Positions 60,141 through 64,000 of a stretch of DNA of 64,000 bases are shown in pieces. The stretch lies in NCBI RefSeq assembly GCF_009914755.1, contig NC_060933.1; one strand, given 5' to 3'. The number at the start of each line of letters is the position of its first letter. The first letter of the stretch is position 1. The translations under genes were made by a program, and so were the position numbers. The DNA is from the human T2T-CHM13v2.0 reference genome, Homo sapiens. The notes under the pieces are model-generated. The model saw only the letters and a program-made list of their open reading frames with translations. It was not told the origin of the DNA and ran no database searches.

Positions 60141-63100
60141 CAGCTCTAGAGTTTTAGACATTATCCTTACCATCATATCAAGAAAGAAATATAGCAATAT
60201 TCCAATTTTCTTTATTCTTTACAGACAAGCTGTAAAGTAATCTTTACATGAAGATTCTCAAAGCAAGTCTACTAACAAAAGTCTAAGGAAGTGGCCTACC
60301 AGCAATTAAAAAAAGAAAAACTTGAAGAAGTTTCTGTTGCTGCTTTCAACTGTGTAACCATGTCTATTAAAAGCCACTTGTAAATAGCTAACTTCAGCTC
60401 TGGCATGCCATAGATTAGGCATATTTGTTTTCCAGGGAAGATTATAAATAGAGGGGGGAGGGGGGAGCGAAACAGAATGTATTTTGCAAATGAGCCCAGA
60501 TGGAAAACTAACAGATGGCCATGCACTGTATTTTGTGTGTTCAGACCTACATTTAAATTAAAAATTTTCATAATTATGATTAACGTCTGTAGCAACACTA
60601 GTTTTCCTGTGGTAGCATCATATATCATGTATCGGAGGTATTGAATAGAACATTTTCATGAAAAGGTTTCAGACTTCATACAAATTTTGGTACTTGCCTG
60701 CCCTACACTTAAGAAGGAAACAAAACAAAACCTCATTCAGCCACGATGGAGAATGCTGAGAAAACTTCAGTACAAGTGGACTTTCTATAATAAGCCCGTC
60801 TGCCGCCATCTGGCTTTTCCTCCCATGTTAAAACTCAAAGCCAGTAATTCCATGCAGAGGGGGAAATAATGGGCCCTTATTTGCATGGCTATTTTTTAAG
60901 ATTCTGTTGTGAAGAGTTTTCTCTTGGATCACACACATTTCTTGATTTCTATCAATACAATCAATATATTTCTCTCTAAGGGTGCATGTCTTATCTTGTT
61001 TATCATCCAGGCTTCTTTGCTTCTCTTTTTCTTTTTCCCTTGATGATTCTGTGTTTATTATTTTCCCAGTCTTCTTAGGGGTGAGCGTTGCTGAAGAAGT
61101 CCATGAAATGTTTGTCTATCTAGAATTATGACTTTGGAATCTTCACCATGAGAACATAAAACCCAATTCACTCTTTCTGGGGCCGTTGGTCAATTGTGTG
61201 GACTTCACGCAGGGGGTTGACCTGCTTGTGCCAAGTCAGATTCTAGATGTGTAAAATGGGGGACTCTTCAGAAGGTGTGTGATCTACTCTACTTATTTGC
61301 TCTGCCATGGTGCCCTGTTCTGGGACGTTTCCAGATTGCCTCTCATTTTGATGGTTCCTTACTCTTGCCGCTCTTGCCTCCTGCTCCTCTGACATATTCA
61401 TCAACTCACTTTGGATTTTTACCTCCAGCACAACTGTGCTCATTTTTGACTTGCTACTCTGGCTCAACATAGACCTTTTGTCTTGAGCAGGAGTTTTTCT
61501 CCCCCAGCATAACTTATTTTTCTGGTTATAAGAACTATCAGACACAATTCTGCTATTTGGCTCCAACACAAGACATTCCTTCTGGCACTCATCAGGTTAT
61601 TCCTCCCAGGCCCTCTTGTAGCCAGGCTCCCCCTCCAGTGGAAAGATCTTGGTGTGGAGCTCCATCCTGGTGATACCACTGACCATGGCAAGCAGTTCAG
61701 CACTTAGGAGGGGATTCTACATTATTGACATCCTACAGCTGCTGCATTTTGGTCAAGGCAGCCAACAATATTGACAAACATTATGAGTTTATGTAGTAGT
61801 AAGGCCCAAGGTTTACTGTTGAGGGAACAGTGTATTCATATCAGTAGCATCCCTTGATTGAGTCTGGAAAATGGAGTTGAAGAAACGTTCTTTTAGACAT
61901 TTTCAGCTGTCAAGAGGTTGGAGGGTGGGGTTGGGTGGGAGAGAAAAGCTAAGCTCTGGTGTTCCGGCCCTTTAACTCCTGCTTTCTGATTTGGTATTAG
62001 AAATGTTACCCTCTAAATATAAAAATACTAGAGAGAAGAAGATGAAAGGTGAATAGGAGAATGTGGACAAAATGAACAAGCTTTAGGATATTGAACTTAC
62101 AATTTTGAAAAGTTAAGTTGAATGTTTTTACAAAAGACTCATCCATCCCTTTTTAGGTTCTCAGATATATGATGAAAGGGATAAAAACAGCAGCAGCCCA
62201 TTTTATAAGTCAAGCTAGCAGCCGTGTTCTATGAACACTTTAAAATACCATAGGTGCCCATACACGGGAGAATGAGCATATTTAATGCCAAAAAATAAGA
62301 CTTGGGAGAGCTGCTGAGCACTTAACAACATCACTAATTATTTGTATAACATTTGGCAAAAAGTCAAAACCGTAATTTTTTTCCTGGTAAACATATTTTT
62401 ACACATTTGTCCTCCCTACAAAAATAACCAGTTGAGATGCATATATTTTCACTTGCACATGTTTGCATTGCTGAGGCATAAACCAATCCTCCTTTAAAAG
62501 GTTCATTTCAAAGTTATTAGCTAATTCATAGGTCCGGTAAGCCTGGAGATCCACAAGCATATGCTTTGCATTGAAACACCAGCTTGGTAATCAAACAAGG
62601 AGCAATCTAATATGAGCTTTCAAGGCAGGTGAATTTGACTGTAAATCATGGTTCTGCACGTAGGTTTGTATTTTCTAGTCTTAATTACATCTGTGCAAAT
62701 CTCCATTTGTTTATGGTTGCCTAATACATCGAGTGGGCTATTTGCATTCCCAGAGGCACATTTTCCATGGTGTGCACTTCTCTGAGAAAAAAAAAAAAAA
62801 AACTGGTTCAGCCATTAATTCAAATATTAAGTGCAAAAATGATGTAGAAGTGAATGCTCTTCAATTCAGCAAATACTTCTGGAGTACCTGTGCAAGGCAC
62901 TCATAGGGATACACAGGAAGGGCATTTTGCCTAAACTCATTGAAGCTCAATTTCCTCATCTATAAAACGGGAGTAATAGAAAAAAAGAAAGTGTTCATTT
63001 AAAGTGCTATATAAATATGAGCAAGCAGCAAGTAGTGGTGGTAGTAAATTGCAATCCAATATTTTTTTTTTCCTGCCAGCATCACTTAATTACAGATACT

Positions 63101-63489
63101 TTCCTATGAAAAGCTTTCTGAATTTGACAGGAACAAATACAGAAGGCAATTGTTCTTACATTCAAGTTGCCTTTTTTTCACTTTTTTCAATCCTATTGAC
63201 AAAAGTAATATATAAAAATACTTCAGAAAGGATTTACAATAGTCAGTGCCGATCAAAAATGTGTGTGATGTACGATGGAAAAGCAGTATATCCTTGAGGC
63301 ATGACTTTTAGTTGGGATTCACTATCTGCTCTGTAATAACAGAGAAGGCAAGGGTTGGCTAGCTCTAGGTAAGTTTTAGAGAATGAACAAAAAAGACCTT
63401 CAGATTGCTTCTAAGTGATGCAATGGATTTCCCAGGATATGTAAGAAAGCAAGGAATACTAGCAGATGATTTATCTGGGATTGAAAATG

Positions 63490-63612
63490 ATAGGTCTGAC
63501 TGTACCCTGCCCTCCAGAACTGTATCTGTCTGTAAAATGGAAATCTACTTGTCCTACCTACCACATTGTGTCCTCATGAAGATCTGAACTCATAATGTGT
63601 GTGAAAGCTCTT
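63490..63612 (+). mobile_element. MIR fragment
   Basis: TCTGTAAAATGGAAAT...CCTACC...ATAATGTGTGTGAAAGC. Confidence 0.6.
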
Positions 63613-64000
63613 TATAATACCAAGCAGCCAGGTCTTTATTGTTTTCCTCTTCATCCAAGTTTAGGGAATGAGAAGGTGTTGAAGAACCCCAAAGGATACG
63701 TTTCCTCAAAGGAAAAGGAATAAATGAGTAAACCAAGAGGCACCTTGGGCTCCACCTGACTCTGACATTTACATCCAAATTAGGCGCCATGTTGTCCCCT
63801 TGAGGCCATCTGAGTACTGAGGGTTACGCACAGTGGCAAGACTGAAGCTAGATCCAGCCTGTCAAGGACAAAAGGGGAAAGCGAAAGGAAGTCTTATGAA
63901 TTTCCTTAAGAAAAATCACCTTCTCTCCTCAAGCCTGCAGTTCCTCATCCGTAATGTGAAGGGGCCAGGCAGATCAGATGCTCTCTGAGGTCTCTTCTGA

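Overview
Primate (most likely human or great-ape) genomic DNA. It is AT-rich, dominated by repeats and has no recognisable host protein-coding gene, RNA gene or prokaryotic system. Nearly all long ORFs in the track are LINE-1 ORF1/ORF2 fragments or chance frames inside repeats. Main contents: (1) a full-length but inactivated L1PA3/4-type LINE-1 on + (about 15277-21415); (2) an oppositely oriented L1PA4-type LINE-1 on - (about 44168-49320) whose 5' end was precisely spliced from the 5'UTR donor to the ORF1 acceptor before insertion (a SpIRE), with a young AluY in its poly(A) tail; (3) two 5'-inverted (twin-primed) L1 insertions; (4) a decayed ERV-L provirus (about 35.3-43.5 kb) carrying a complete MLT1A LTR-int-LTR element, a MER5 and a MADE1; (5) many Alus, MaLR LTRs, L2s and MIRs; (6) several local duplications or templated insertions. 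The most interesting signal is that the two large inverted L1s differ at their ends like separate subfamilies and keep their own TSDs, yet share many non-consensus substitutions in the middle, including the same ORF2 stop codon. This points to gene conversion or recurrent recombination across about 23 kb and makes the interval a candidate L1-mediated inversion locus. Subfamily names and consensus bases come from my recollection of consensus sequences and need RepeatMasker/Dfam confirmation. Boundaries of old repeats are approximate.
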